A stretch of 64,000 bases of DNA from Camelus ferus (Eukaryota): assembly GCF_009834535.1 (NCBI RefSeq), contig NC_045697.1, positions 118,050,001-118,114,000 on the forward strand. Direction: 5' to 3'. Position numbers and translations under genes: made by a program. Below the pieces are notes generated by a model. That model searched no databases and had not been told where the DNA came from. It saw nothing but the letters and a program-made list of their open reading frames with translations. Each line of letters starts with the position of its first letter. Within the stretch, counting starts at the first letter, position 1. This document shows positions 25,119 through 36,430 of the stretch, piece by piece.

Positions 25119-25184
25119 AGATCTCTAGCTTTTTAAACTTACATAGTTAGATCAGATCTTTAGCTTTTTAAACGTACATAGTTA
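25119..25184. repeat. Tandem duplication, 31-bp unit, 35-bp period
   Basis: AGATCTCTAGCTTTTTAAACTTACATAGTTA (25119-25149) vs AGATCTTTAGCTTTTTAAACGTACATAGTTA (25154-25184). Confidence 0.85.
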
Positions 25185-25334
25185 CCAAAGGAATAAAGCC
25201 AACTACAAAATAAGAATCAACAGAATGCGGTAATCTAATCATAAAGGACAGTCAGATGTGCTCACACATATTCAAGAAATCAAAATAATAACTCTGATAC
25301 TTTCTTATTCTGAGTAGTTGATCAAAACACATAC

Positions 25335-25510
25335 TTTTCAAAGTGCTGTGCCTGAACCAGCAGTAACACTGGAAGTGATGTAAGTGCAGATTTCTGGATC
25401 CTACTTTAGTTTTATTGGTGTAGAAACATTTAGGATATCGCGCAAGAAGCTGGGTTTCAAACAAATATCCCAGGTGAGCCCGATGCCCAGCTTGAAAGTC
25501 ATTGATCTTT
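25335..25510. mobile_element. MER5-like hAT-Charlie MITE remnant
   Basis: TTTCAAAGTGCTG...TGCAGATTTCTGGATCC...TTTCAAACAAATATCCCAGGTGA resembles the MER5A motif order. Confidence 0.55.
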
Positions 25511-26014
25511 GCTGGTGTTAAACTTTGGCTGCAGAACCAGTGTGGACTCACAGAGAGCTACCTTCTAGAATGACAGCCGCTCAGTCAAGCCATCAGCTAG
25601 TCGTTTTGCCTGAGGGTTCTCTTGTCTTGAAGTCCTTCTACCTCAAACTCTAGAGAACCTGGGGAAGATTTATCTTACTAAGTCTTTCAATAGCCAACTG
25701 ACTTACAAAAAAGAGGCAAGTTCTTAGGGTTTTGATATTGTTATTACTATTATTTGATAAGACATTGTGCAGAATTTCGCACAAGGTGCGATTACCTTAC
25801 TCAGCACTCACAGATGCGTCAGGATTGCTTTACACAGCACATCCAGTTCCGCCACAACTGAACCGTTAAACACCGTGTCGCTCACATATATTTACATTCA
25901 TTTCCCTCTTGATAGAGGATGTTGCATTTTTGTCTACCCTCCTTCGATTTGAGGCTTCTAAATTACCCTGATGATAAAATATGAACGCTATTTTTTTTCT
26001 GTGAAGTTTTTTGA

Positions 26015-26425
26015 TTTTTGTTTTATTTAACTATAGTTGATTTAAAATATTGTGTTAATTTTAGGGGTACAACCTTGGATTCTTTTCCATTATAGGCTAT
26101 TACAAGGTGCTGAACATAGTTCCCTGGGCTGTACAGTACGTCCTTGCTTTTTTTTTTTTTATCTATTTTATATACAGTAGTGTGTAACTGCTAATCCCAC
26201 ACTCCTAATGTACCCCTCCCCTTTTCCATATGGTAACCATAAATTTGCTGTCTATGTCTGTGAGTCTATTTCTGTTCTGTAAATAAGTTCATTTGTATCA
26301 TCTTTTTACATTCCTCATATAAGTGATATCATATGATATTTGTCTCTGTTTGATTTACTTCATTCCGTCTGATCATCTCTAGGTCCATCCGTGCTGCTGG
26401 AAATGGCATTATTAAATTCTTTTCA
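26015..26425 (-). mobile_element. L1 3' end fragment
   Basis: CTATAGTTGATTT...CCATTATAGGCTATTACAAG...GTCCATCCGTGCTGCTGGAAATGGCATTATT is antisense L1 3'UTR. Confidence 0.9.
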
Positions 26426-27649
26426 CAACATCTGAAAATACAATAAAATACAAATTCAAGTAAACCTTTGACTTTCCCTGGCACACTTGAGCTTTACAGA
26501 GACTAACAAGTAATAAAATTCATGTGCACTTGCATGTGTTACTTGCTCCGTATTTAGAGAGTTTAAGATGGTAAATCCTGGCTACAATGGTGCGGATTTC
26601 TGGAGAAAATGAAAAGGGCTTAGTCGTATTTGAAAGTGTTGAGCGCAGCTCGACTTTACTTAATTTCCTTTGGAGACCGGTTTGCATTGTTTTGGAATTA
26701 CTCATGAACTATTTAGTTGCAAATGCTCAAAACACAAGCCCACTGGAGATCCTTTGAAAATTCAACCCCAAATCTCCAAAGCCTTTAGCTCGATTTTGCT
26801 CAGAGAATAATATCTGAGAACATGAATACCATTTTCTCAGGTTGGCCTCTCAATCCATTCTTGATGGGATTAACGGGGTCACAGAAAAAGCAAGGGTTTC
26901 AGAGGAATTGCGCCTGCATTTGACACTTTCAGTACCACTTACTGCCTGTGAAATGTGCTCCAAGGGAATTTATTTCACTCTCTGTGACTTGTTGTCATGA
27001 CTTAGATGGTTGTTCTGATGATTATATTCGTTATGCTTTTATCATAAGCATTAATATATTAAGTCTGACTCAGCACAAGCATTGTCAAATCTAAGTGGTC
27101 CAGGGAGGAGAAGGGGTGGTAAAGGATGCTGGGCACTGGGGAGGGGGATTTCTGCTCCCAGAAGACTCCCCATGGGATGGAGACCCCTGGGGGCCGCACT
27201 GGAAGAACACTAAGTATGTTATTTGTCCCGAGAAAGAGAAGGTGGAAGAGGCAGAGAAAGGGAAGGAATTAGAAGTGGGGCGTGTAGACAGGCTCAGTTG
27301 AGTCAGTGTTGGGGTTTGGAGCCAGTTTTCAGATGGGACCTCTAGTCAAATTCTGGCACCAAATGGTTTAATAGAGGATGTCTTGTTCCTGAGACTGAGC
27401 TCGGACTGGTTTCTACACATGTCAGGGTCTCCTTTCCTGCCTTGGGCTCATTCCATCCTTAGCCAGGTTTCCTCGTGAAGTCGACCCTCTACTTCTAAAT
27501 ATACCTACAGATGTGCTCATTCTTCCTTACTTGCATCATTTCGAAGGAAGAATAAGACTACTTCTTTCCAACGGTTCTTACCTCCTTTCTGAGATCTTCA
27601 ATTATTCCTTCTCTATCAGCTTATTCCCCTCAGCTTACAACCAGCATAC

Positions 27650-28075
27650 AACCCGGTGCCAGGAGATGGCTCCTGACAGCCTCTCACTCTGAGCTTCTGC
27701 AGCGTCTGCCTCAGCCTTTGAGCCCAGGACACACTATTTTAGGAGATACAGATACCGAGCCAATGACTGAGTCAGGTGGCAGTCGCTTAAGGACAAGCTC
27801 TTCTTGGAGTAGCCCCCAGGCAGTTCCTGCTTAAGCCGGTGGCCCAAGATTTCCACCCAAAGCAGACAGCGCTGATTGTCAGTCTTGGCTCCAGGGTCAG
27901 GTTGAGCGAGTGGAAACTTTCTCAGACACGCATTATGTGGTAATGATTCGTTTCTTCCATCCCGCGGCCTTTCTTTCCTTTCTTTTCCTTTCCTTTTTCT
28001 TCTTCTTTTCTTCTTAATTGAAGTGCTGCTGCCTCTTTTCCTTCCCCGTGCATTATCTCAATAAAACTTCTACTT
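27650..28075 (+). mobile_element. Probable ERVL LTR remnant (LTR16-like)
   Basis: TCTGAGCTTCTGCAGCGTCTGCCTCAGCCTT...GAGCCAATGAC..., then a pyrimidine-rich tract and CTCAATAAAACTTCT; resemblance from memory only. Confidence 0.45.
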
Positions 28076-28119
28076 TAACATAGAATCTATTTTCTGTCTT
28101 TCTTATCGTGTTCTATATC

Positions 28120-28905
28120 AGATTACTCTCCTAATGGTGGACATTTGGGTGGTTTTTAGTTTGGACTACTGTGAATAAAGATGCTATGAAGCTATGTGGC
28201 AGGTTTTGTGGACAGAAATTTTAAGTTCTTTGGGTAAATTTCCATTTATGAATGGTGTCCTTGGGTTTGGCAGATCTCCAGCAAGCAACAGATGAGAGTT
28301 CCAGGTGCATCATATTCTTATCAATATTTTGTCCATCTTTTCCATTTTATTTCTAGGTGGTATGAAGGAATGTCTCATTTTTATATAGATTAGTTGTGTT
28401 CAGCACCTTATAACATGCATTTTCTTACAGACCAACATTGTTCATTTTTTAATATGTCTAATTTTCCATTTTTCTATCTTCCGTATTTTGTCCATTTTTA
28501 TTATATTGTTTGACTTTGGGGCACAAGTTCTTCGTCAAATATATGTTTTTGTGAATATTTTACCAGCCTATCTCAACTTTTTAATAATTTTTAAACATTT
28601 TTTATTGATTTATAATCATTTTACATTTAATAATATTTTTAATGTGCAGAAATTTCCTATTACTTTTCTAATGGTATTTTTAATGTGCAGAAGTTTACAT
28701 TTTGATGAAGTTGATTTATGGATTTCTTTTTATCATTAATATTTCTGTGTGTTTTGTCTAAGAAATCTGTGTCAACCCAAGGTCATGAAGATACTCTCCT
28801 AGGTTTTCTTCTAGAAGCTTTATAGCTTTAGCTATTTGTGTTCAATCATAGTATCTACCTCAAATTGATGTTTTGTGTATAGAATAAGGTGTGAATCAAA
28901 TATCT
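28120..28905 (-). mobile_element. Old, heavily diverged L1 (L1M-type) ORF2/3' fragment
   Basis: GGTGGACATTTGGGTGGTTTTTAGTTTGG...GTGAATAAAGATGCTATGAA and CCCAAGGTCATGAAGATACTCTCCTAGGTTTTCTTCTAGAAGCTTTATAG. Confidence 0.8.
28589..28625 (-). mobile_element. 37-bp young L1 3' tip insertion
   Basis: TTTTAAACATTTTTTATTGATTTATAATCATTTTACA matches the young L1 terminus at about 52001-52037; TSD TTTAATAAT at 28580-28588 and 28626-28634. Confidence 0.75.
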
Positions 28906-31257
28906 TTTGATAAAATTGTTTTTTGTGGTTTTCTGAACTTCTTGTTGAAGTATGGAATAAAAGTCATACCTAATTTTATGTAAATAGACTAATTCTTGTT
29001 AATATTCACGTGTCTCCAAACAGGGAGAGACATACAGGTGCCCCTCACACTCAGGCCTCTACACACATTGAACAAGAAAAAATAAGATAATTGGGTGCAA
29101 GCCCTCAGTGAGCTGGCTGAGGAAGTGAGCAGAATGCTGACAGCTGAAGGAAGGAAGGAAGGAAGACGGAAACTCGGAAAAGGCAAGGAGAGGGGGTAAC
29201 AGATCACGCTAGTTCAATCACGAGTTCAAACACATGGAGAGAAGAGAGAGAGAAAGGTCTTGACAACATAATTCTTCAAGATAAAGGATAGAGTTGCAGA
29301 ATATTATTTATTTTCATGCTAAAAGCATAGTTTCAGGCTTCTGGCTAAGTAAAGCATCCCCAATTTGGGACTCAGAGATACATAGCTGTTTAAAAGAGGA
29401 GGAGTCATTTTGATTTAAAGATTCATATAAAATCAGGGCTTATTATTTTGGAAGGGTGCTTTTAGGAATTTTCTAACTTTTCACATTAAAATAGTTTATT
29501 TATTTTCAGATTAGAGCATTTCAAAAGTCTTAAGGGCTGTCGTCTCACCTTTCTACCCAAGAATTCCCCTTTCTGAGATCAAAGAAAGAGTAATGCATTT
29601 CCTGCCTTTGATGAAAACCATGCTATTGCTTTGTCATCACGGAGACAAAGGACATCAGATCAAAATAATTGGGAGCAAATCCCTCTGGACAGTTGCCAGG
29701 TCAAACCTGAGGTACCCAGGCTCTGATGAGAGAGAGAGAATCAAGTAAACACTCGTGTGAACCCTTGCCCTGATTAATCATGGTCACTAACATTTCTATA
29801 CATTCAGAACTATCTTTTACAGAAACAGTGACTGATGATTTTGAAGCAAAAACCTGCACAGTTGTAATTTTTATATTTTGTAGCTATAAAATGAAAATGT
29901 TTCGAATCTTCCAAAGAAATCATACATAGAATTTTCCCCCCAAATAGAAAAAGGATACTATATGGTCAGGCTTTAGGAATTTCTAAGGTGCCTTATCTTT
30001 ATGCACCTTAGAAATGAAATCAATAAATCAATTCTTTTTGATAGCATGTTGTCCAACAGTGCAGAGTAAAAATACAATATCTAAGGGTGAAGATATTATA
30101 CAGTGGTGTAGTGTGTGGATTCCTGGCTTCAAACACTTTCTATTCTTTGTTTTTTGGCTTCTGTAACAAAGCTGGGAAAAAACAAGTCAAAAAGTAAAAG
30201 CCACTGAGGCAACTGGGCTGGTTTGTTAGCAACCTTTATTATTTAATTTAATTTTCTTCAAAGTAAAATTTTTTTGTAGCTCTGAGCTTCAGAGACCAGA
30301 AAGAAGGTGATACGATATAATATAATGTTGGAGGCAGAACAATAATGTTTGTCTACTAAAGCAACTTGTTTTTAATTGGAAGGAAAACCACTTTATAATT
30401 TTCTACGTGTAGGAACTGCATTTTGTAGTTTGTTATTTTATTTTTCATCTTTGCTTTTTTTGTACAGGGAGATCAAATTGTAAAAAAAAAAAAAAAACAA
30501 CAACACTAGTTCTATACTTTAAAAATATAAAATCAGGCACTGAGAAGTCAAGAGTGCAGAGAAGATGTGCGGACTTAGGAGCAAGGAATTAGCAGGCGGG
30601 GCAGACTAAGTGGGAAGATTAGAGGAAGCCGGTGATTACAGGCGGCCGAGGGGAAGCGGGGGACGGCAGGGCGGTCACCGGCACTGACCTCTGCAGACGC
30701 TGGTGCAGCCGCAGACAGAAGGCTGACATCAGAGCCGAGAGTCACTCACTGGTCTTAGGAAAACATCCTCTTAAAGAGCGTTGGGAACCGTGCCCTCTGT
30801 AAATCATAGATGCGAAAGCAACATCCTTTGTTGAAATCAAATTTCAGTTAGCTATTGTGTAGAAACTTTGGACGTTAATCACAAAGTTATTTAGGGAAAC
30901 TTGTTCCTTGAGATTTATTTTCTAGTTTACCTCTTCACTCATTTTTAAGTGCAAGTATCACTGACATTTATCCCACTGCTTTCGAGAACATGAAGCATAA
31001 ATAGAGTGCTTCTCTTTCAACGATTCATGCTTGCTAAGCCTAGCAGGTCAGCCGGGCACGTCGGCCCAGCGTCTTCCATTCATCTGGAATTAGTTGCTCA
31101 ACTGGCAGGACCAGAGCTCAATAGAAAGAGGGCCAGGCGTGCAGATACAAACCTGTTAAATGCTGGCATGTCTGAGGAGGGATTTGTGATATATTTGGAG
31201 AAGTTAACAGAAGAGGCTTGCAAGCCTTAGGATATAAGCAAGATAATTTATCATCAA

Positions 31258-31365
31258 TTCCGTTGGTTTGTTCTAAGGTTTACTGAGTGCATTTAGGTGC
31301 CAAATATTCAGTACGCTGGAAATACAGCGGTGACAGCAGTGACAAACCCTCTGCTTTCCGGAAGC
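31258..31365 (-). mobile_element. L2 3' end remnant
   Basis: TTTACTGAGTGCATTTAGGTGCCA...GCTGGAAATACAGCGGTGA. Confidence 0.55.
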
Positions 31366-32607
31366 CCCCCTTCCACACTGTAAATAGTGGGTTTAAACTG
31401 AATTCTGACCTCCAGAGGAGAGGGAGTGCAGGCAGAATCAGAGGAGCCAGGTGAGGTTTGGGAAGAGGAGAAACAAACCCCAGGGGAATTTTGTCTTAAT
31501 TTCACATGATTATGAAATACTAGAATCAGTACCATTAAAAAACTGATTAGAATTAACAGCATCAAATGGAAGGAACAGTGATACTAGATATTAATGTTTT
31601 ACATATAAAGAAACACATTCCATATTAAGTAAAAAGATACATTTATAAGAAACTTAATATTAAGTTGATATCATTTAAATACAAATTAGCAAGTGATATT
31701 TTTGTCTCACTCAATTAAAAGTAAACATTATGTAAAAGGTAGATAATTTGTTGTTTTATTAAACGTATCTTTAAAAAAAAAAAGGTGTATCAGCAGTGTC
31801 ATGGTTGAGGTTTGTGCAAATTTCTCTAGTTTAGAAAAGTACTTTAAAAAGTGCTTTTTGCCCTTAAGGTGGTCAGAGAAATGAAGAGAATATAGTTCTA
31901 AGGCAAGTCAGATTGCTAATTTTGACTTTTTATGCTTCAAATAATTCTATCTCTTTTTTAGGTGGTAACTTTTAAGAAGTGTTTGGTGAATAACCACCTC
32001 TCCTTGCTATCTTTTTATTGAACAGATTTTGTTCTAATGAAAGCATTATTGGTTTTCTTCATCTTTTATTTAATCCTTCATAAATGCAGATTTTCATGCA
32101 CAATAACTATTTGTTTCAAGATATATTTGTATTCCTCTTATCTGGAAATCTTTGAAACAAATAAGAATTATTCTTATATTAATGAACATTTTGCTTTATC
32201 AAATATCATTTTCTTCTTTTTAAAATTTAATTATAGAAAAATACTCTCCAAATTACCTTACTTTTGCTCACTTCGAAAATTTAAGAAAGTTAACTCTGGA
32301 GAGTGTCTCAAGATTGCAGTGTTTCCTATTTCTTTAAATTCCAAATTTTCTGTATTTAAACATAATGTGGAAGTGAGAGTACAAAAAAGTATTGGTGCTA
32401 CCAGCCTTGCCAAGATTTTGGAATTCGGTTCTGTAGGAAACAAAATGTAACTGAAAATAATTGTCATTAGGGAAATAATAAAATCTTTTATGGAATGTTT
32501 GAAGACACTTAATCCTGCAGTAGCTTGTGAGATGTGTTGGAGGGAAGAAAGGAAGACCCACCAGAAAATAAATCTGGGTGCAGCAATGAGTGCTAATCCA
32601 GGAAATT

Positions 32608-32609
<2 letters not shown>

Positions 32610-32642
<33 letters not shown>
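32610..32642. repeat. (CA)16 microsatellite
   Basis: Perfect run, direct count. Confidence 0.95.
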
Positions 32643-32646
<4 letters not shown>

Positions 32647-34784
32647 AAATGTGCTCCAAACATAACTTAGCAATATTGAAGGCATTGAAGTCTGCTGAGA
32701 ATTCCTATGGTACGTGTGTAAGTATGTCCAACAAACCTCTGGTCTCTATTGTTCACTGATTATAAGATTAAGTCTAAATGGAGAAAAAAACTCTCATGTC
32801 AAAGGTTACTTTTTGCATATCCTGGTCATTATGTTGTTGTATTCAGTCTTTTAGTCAGTTGTCTGACAATGATAATTACACATGTGCACGAGGATGATAC
32901 ATATGTAACGAGGTCCATCTAAGTGGTTGAGACTTCTGGTGTAGTGATGCTCTGAAATCCACAAGGAGCTACTGTTCACTCAGCAGTTTTCAGATACCAT
33001 GTGCATCCAGCTACTGCGCCAAGATATGGGTGTATGAAAGGTAATCGCAGGTTGATTCCTGTCCATCGGGAGACACAGGTAAACACAAGTATGCAACTGA
33101 GTATGTGCATAGTCATGCAAGAGGTAAAGGTGACAGAGGAAATAGCACTGCTTGAAGAGGCTTTCCTGGGAAATGGTCATGGAGCTCACACTGGAGGCAA
33201 GGTGAGGGGCAGGGATGGGGGCAGCGATGCGGAGACTGATTTGCTGCATCAGAAGGTGTTCACCAGTTTGGCCTCTTAGTTATTTGAGCTGAAAGGGAGC
33301 AGCCTGTTGTTTGGAATACGGGATTCTGGTGAGGTGAGGATCTTTAGGACACAGTCAAGGATTGGGATTTATGGGAAACTATTAAAATGTCTTCAGTAGA
33401 GGAGTGATGTATTCCAGTTTGTGGTCCCCTTCACTATGGAGAGAACAGAGGGTAGATGAGTTAGAAATGGGAAGACAAATGAGCAGGCTATTAAGGTGTT
33501 AGCTTATAAAATATTTAGTAAGGCATTTTAAATAAAATAGCCACACACTGTTTATAAATAAAAAGTAAGAATTGAATTATGCCTAAAATATCAGATTTTC
33601 AAGTAATTTATTTTTAGGTGCCTGAAAACATATGCAGCAAAGCTATTAATTCAGTTCTGATAAGTTTAAGTGTTTTTAAAAATGATGCTTATTTTAATTT
33701 CTAAGGAATTTTTTGAGGAAGCTGATTTTATTTTTGTATCATCATTTCTTTTTAGCATCAAAGCAAATACCCTGTATGCATTTCTCACGTTCATGACTAA
33801 AGGTTAAAATATTGGATTGCTGAAGAAACTGATCTTCAACGTCTAAATTGAATGTCTTGGGAGAAAATTTACTCAGGTGTGAAACACATTAATTACAGCA
33901 TTTGGTAAACTTCTCATATGAGAACTAGAGATGAAAGTTCAGGGCTTATCTCTGTGGATTGTGACCTTGGGCTTTTATATGAGCCTTTGTCTGCACAACA
34001 CAGAACACCTGGAAAAGCTTCCAGTTACCTCATTATGTTAATTGATACAGAAAACGTCAGTTGGCAGTCTCAAATCTACTTTCAGGACTTATGTTATTTG
34101 GATAGTTTATATGACATTGCCCCGAGTAGTGGTCTTCAAGCTTTATTTTTGCGTGGGCATGACCATATAGGATTTGGAAAATATGAATATTCCTCTGCAC
34201 ACTTTTAAGTTGACCTCAAAAATTTTATATTTATATTTAAAATGTTATACTGACATAAATTATATATATTTAAAAATACAAAGATATGACTTCCACTGTA
34301 TCACAAATATGGAGATTTTAATGTAAATCTGTTAAAGCACTTTCATAAATGTATCCCATGGAACCTAAGAATCATAATGACTTCACACTCAGCAACGTCT
34401 ACTTTATAAATTGACGGAAAGCTCTTCCCTCACAGCTGGAACATTCACCGTGGTCCTTTGTTTCTCCTGAAGCTGTATTTATATTCCACTTCCTTAATGG
34501 ACTTTTGTTTTAACATAATATACATGTTATGGTTGAAAATGTTTTATTATTTGCTATATCATAGTTCTCTGCCACAAAAAATAATGTATATATTTTGAAA
34601 ATTGTCAGTATTTTAATAATAAGACTACATAAAATTTTAGTAATTGAATTATAGTTCTTAGTAATACATACTATTTTGATTTTTATGCACAGATGAAAAG
34701 CAATATTATAGGAAATATCTTTCTAAATGAAATTGATTAGGAGAGGTTTTATATTGCTTTGATTAAAGGAGACTTGGCTAATAA

Positions 34785-36430
34785 TAAACTCTCAGAAGAG
34801 AAATTAAGAAAACAATTCCACTTACAATTGCATCAAAATAATAAAATACCTAAGAATAAATTTAACCAAGGAGATGAAAGGCCTATATTCTGAAAACTAA
34901 AATATATTAAAGGCAAAAAGTGGAAAAAGACACAAATAAATGGAAAGATATCTTTCCATGTGCATGGATGTGAAGAATTAATATTGCTAACATGTCAATA
35001 CTACCAAAAACAATATACAGATTCAATGCAATTCCTATCAAAATTCCAATGGCCTTCTTCACAGAACTAGAACAAACAATCCTAAAATTTGTGTAGAACC
35101 ATAAAAGACTCTGAATAGCCAAAACAACCTTGAGAAGGAACGAAACTGGAAGCATCACACTTTCTGATTTCAAACTATTTTACAAAGATACAGTAATTAA
35201 AACAGCATGGTACTAGCATAAAAACAGACACATAGGTCAATGGAACAGATAGAGAGCCCACAGGAGCCAAGAATATACAATAGGGAAAGGATAATCTCTC
35301 CAATAAATGGTGCTGGAAAATTGGACAAACACATGCAAAAGAATAAACCTGGACGACTATCTTACATCATGTACAAAATTAACTCAAAATGAATTAAAGA
35401 CTTGAATGTGAGACCTGAAACTGTAATACTCCTAGAAGAAAACATAGGTGGTGATAAGCTCTTTGGCATAGGTCTTGGTGAGCATTTTTTGAATCTGACA
35501 CCAATAGCAAAAGTAACACAAGCAAAACCAAACATCTAACTAAAAAGCTTTTGCACAGCAAAGAAAAGCATTAACAAAATGAAAAGCAACCCACTGGATT
35601 GGAGAAGATATTTGCAAAATCATGTATCTGATAAGGGGTTAATATCCAAGATACATAAAGAACTCAGCAACCGATCGAAAAAATCTGATTAAAAAATGGG
35701 TGGAAGATCTGAATAGACATTTTTCCAAAGAAGACATACAGATGACCAACAGATACATGGAAGGATGTTCTACATCACCAAACATCAGGGAAACGCAAAT
35801 CAAAACCACAATGAGATATCACCTTATACCTGTCAGAATGGCTATTCTCAAAAAACAATAAATAACAAGTGTCGGCAAGGATATGGAGAAAAGGGAGCCC
35901 TCCTACACTGTTGGTGGGGATGTAAATTGGTACAGCCTCTGTGGACGACAGTATGAAGGCTCCTCAAAAAATTAAAACTAGAACTACCTTATGATCCAGC
36001 AGTCCCACTCCTGGATATTTATCTGAAGAAAATGAGAACACTGACTTGAAAAGGTATCTGTACCCCAATGTTTATTGCAACATTATTTATAATAACCAAG
36101 ATATGGAGACAACTTGTATCCATCAATGAACAAATGGATAAAGAAGATGTAGTGTATATGTACAGTGGAATATTATTCAGCCATGAAAAACAGTGAAACC
36201 TCACCATTTGCAACAACATTTGCTAAGTGAAATAAGTCAGAACAGAAAAGACAAATACTGTATATCTCTCTTGTATGTGGAATCTATAGACAAACAAACA
36301 AATGAACAAATACCAAGCTCATAAATACAAAGAACAGACTCCTGGTTGCCAGACATTGGGGGTCAGGGTGGGAGAAACGGGTGAACTGTTTTAGGGGAGC
36401 TTTTTTTACAGTTGAAATAAATTGAAAAAA
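34785..36430 (+). mobile_element. 5'-truncated L1 (3' part of ORF2 plus short 3'UTR), older subfamily
   Basis: Degenerate ORF2 motifs such as CAATATACAGATTCAATGCAATTCCTATCAAAATTCC ([12 protein letters not shown]). The 3'UTR ending GGGTGAACTGTTTT...AAATAAATTGAAAAAA differs from the younger copies in the window. Confidence 0.95.

Noticed and set aside
25119..25184. Repeat-spacer pattern reminiscent of CRISPR
   Set aside because: Only two units with a 4-nt spacer in mammalian DNA and no cas genes; a simple tandem duplication.
33760..33870. Possible minus-strand exon (TFNLDVEDQFLQQSNILTFSHEREKCIQ)
   Set aside because: Weak acceptor (CCCAAG) and donor (GTATTT); peptide unrecognised.
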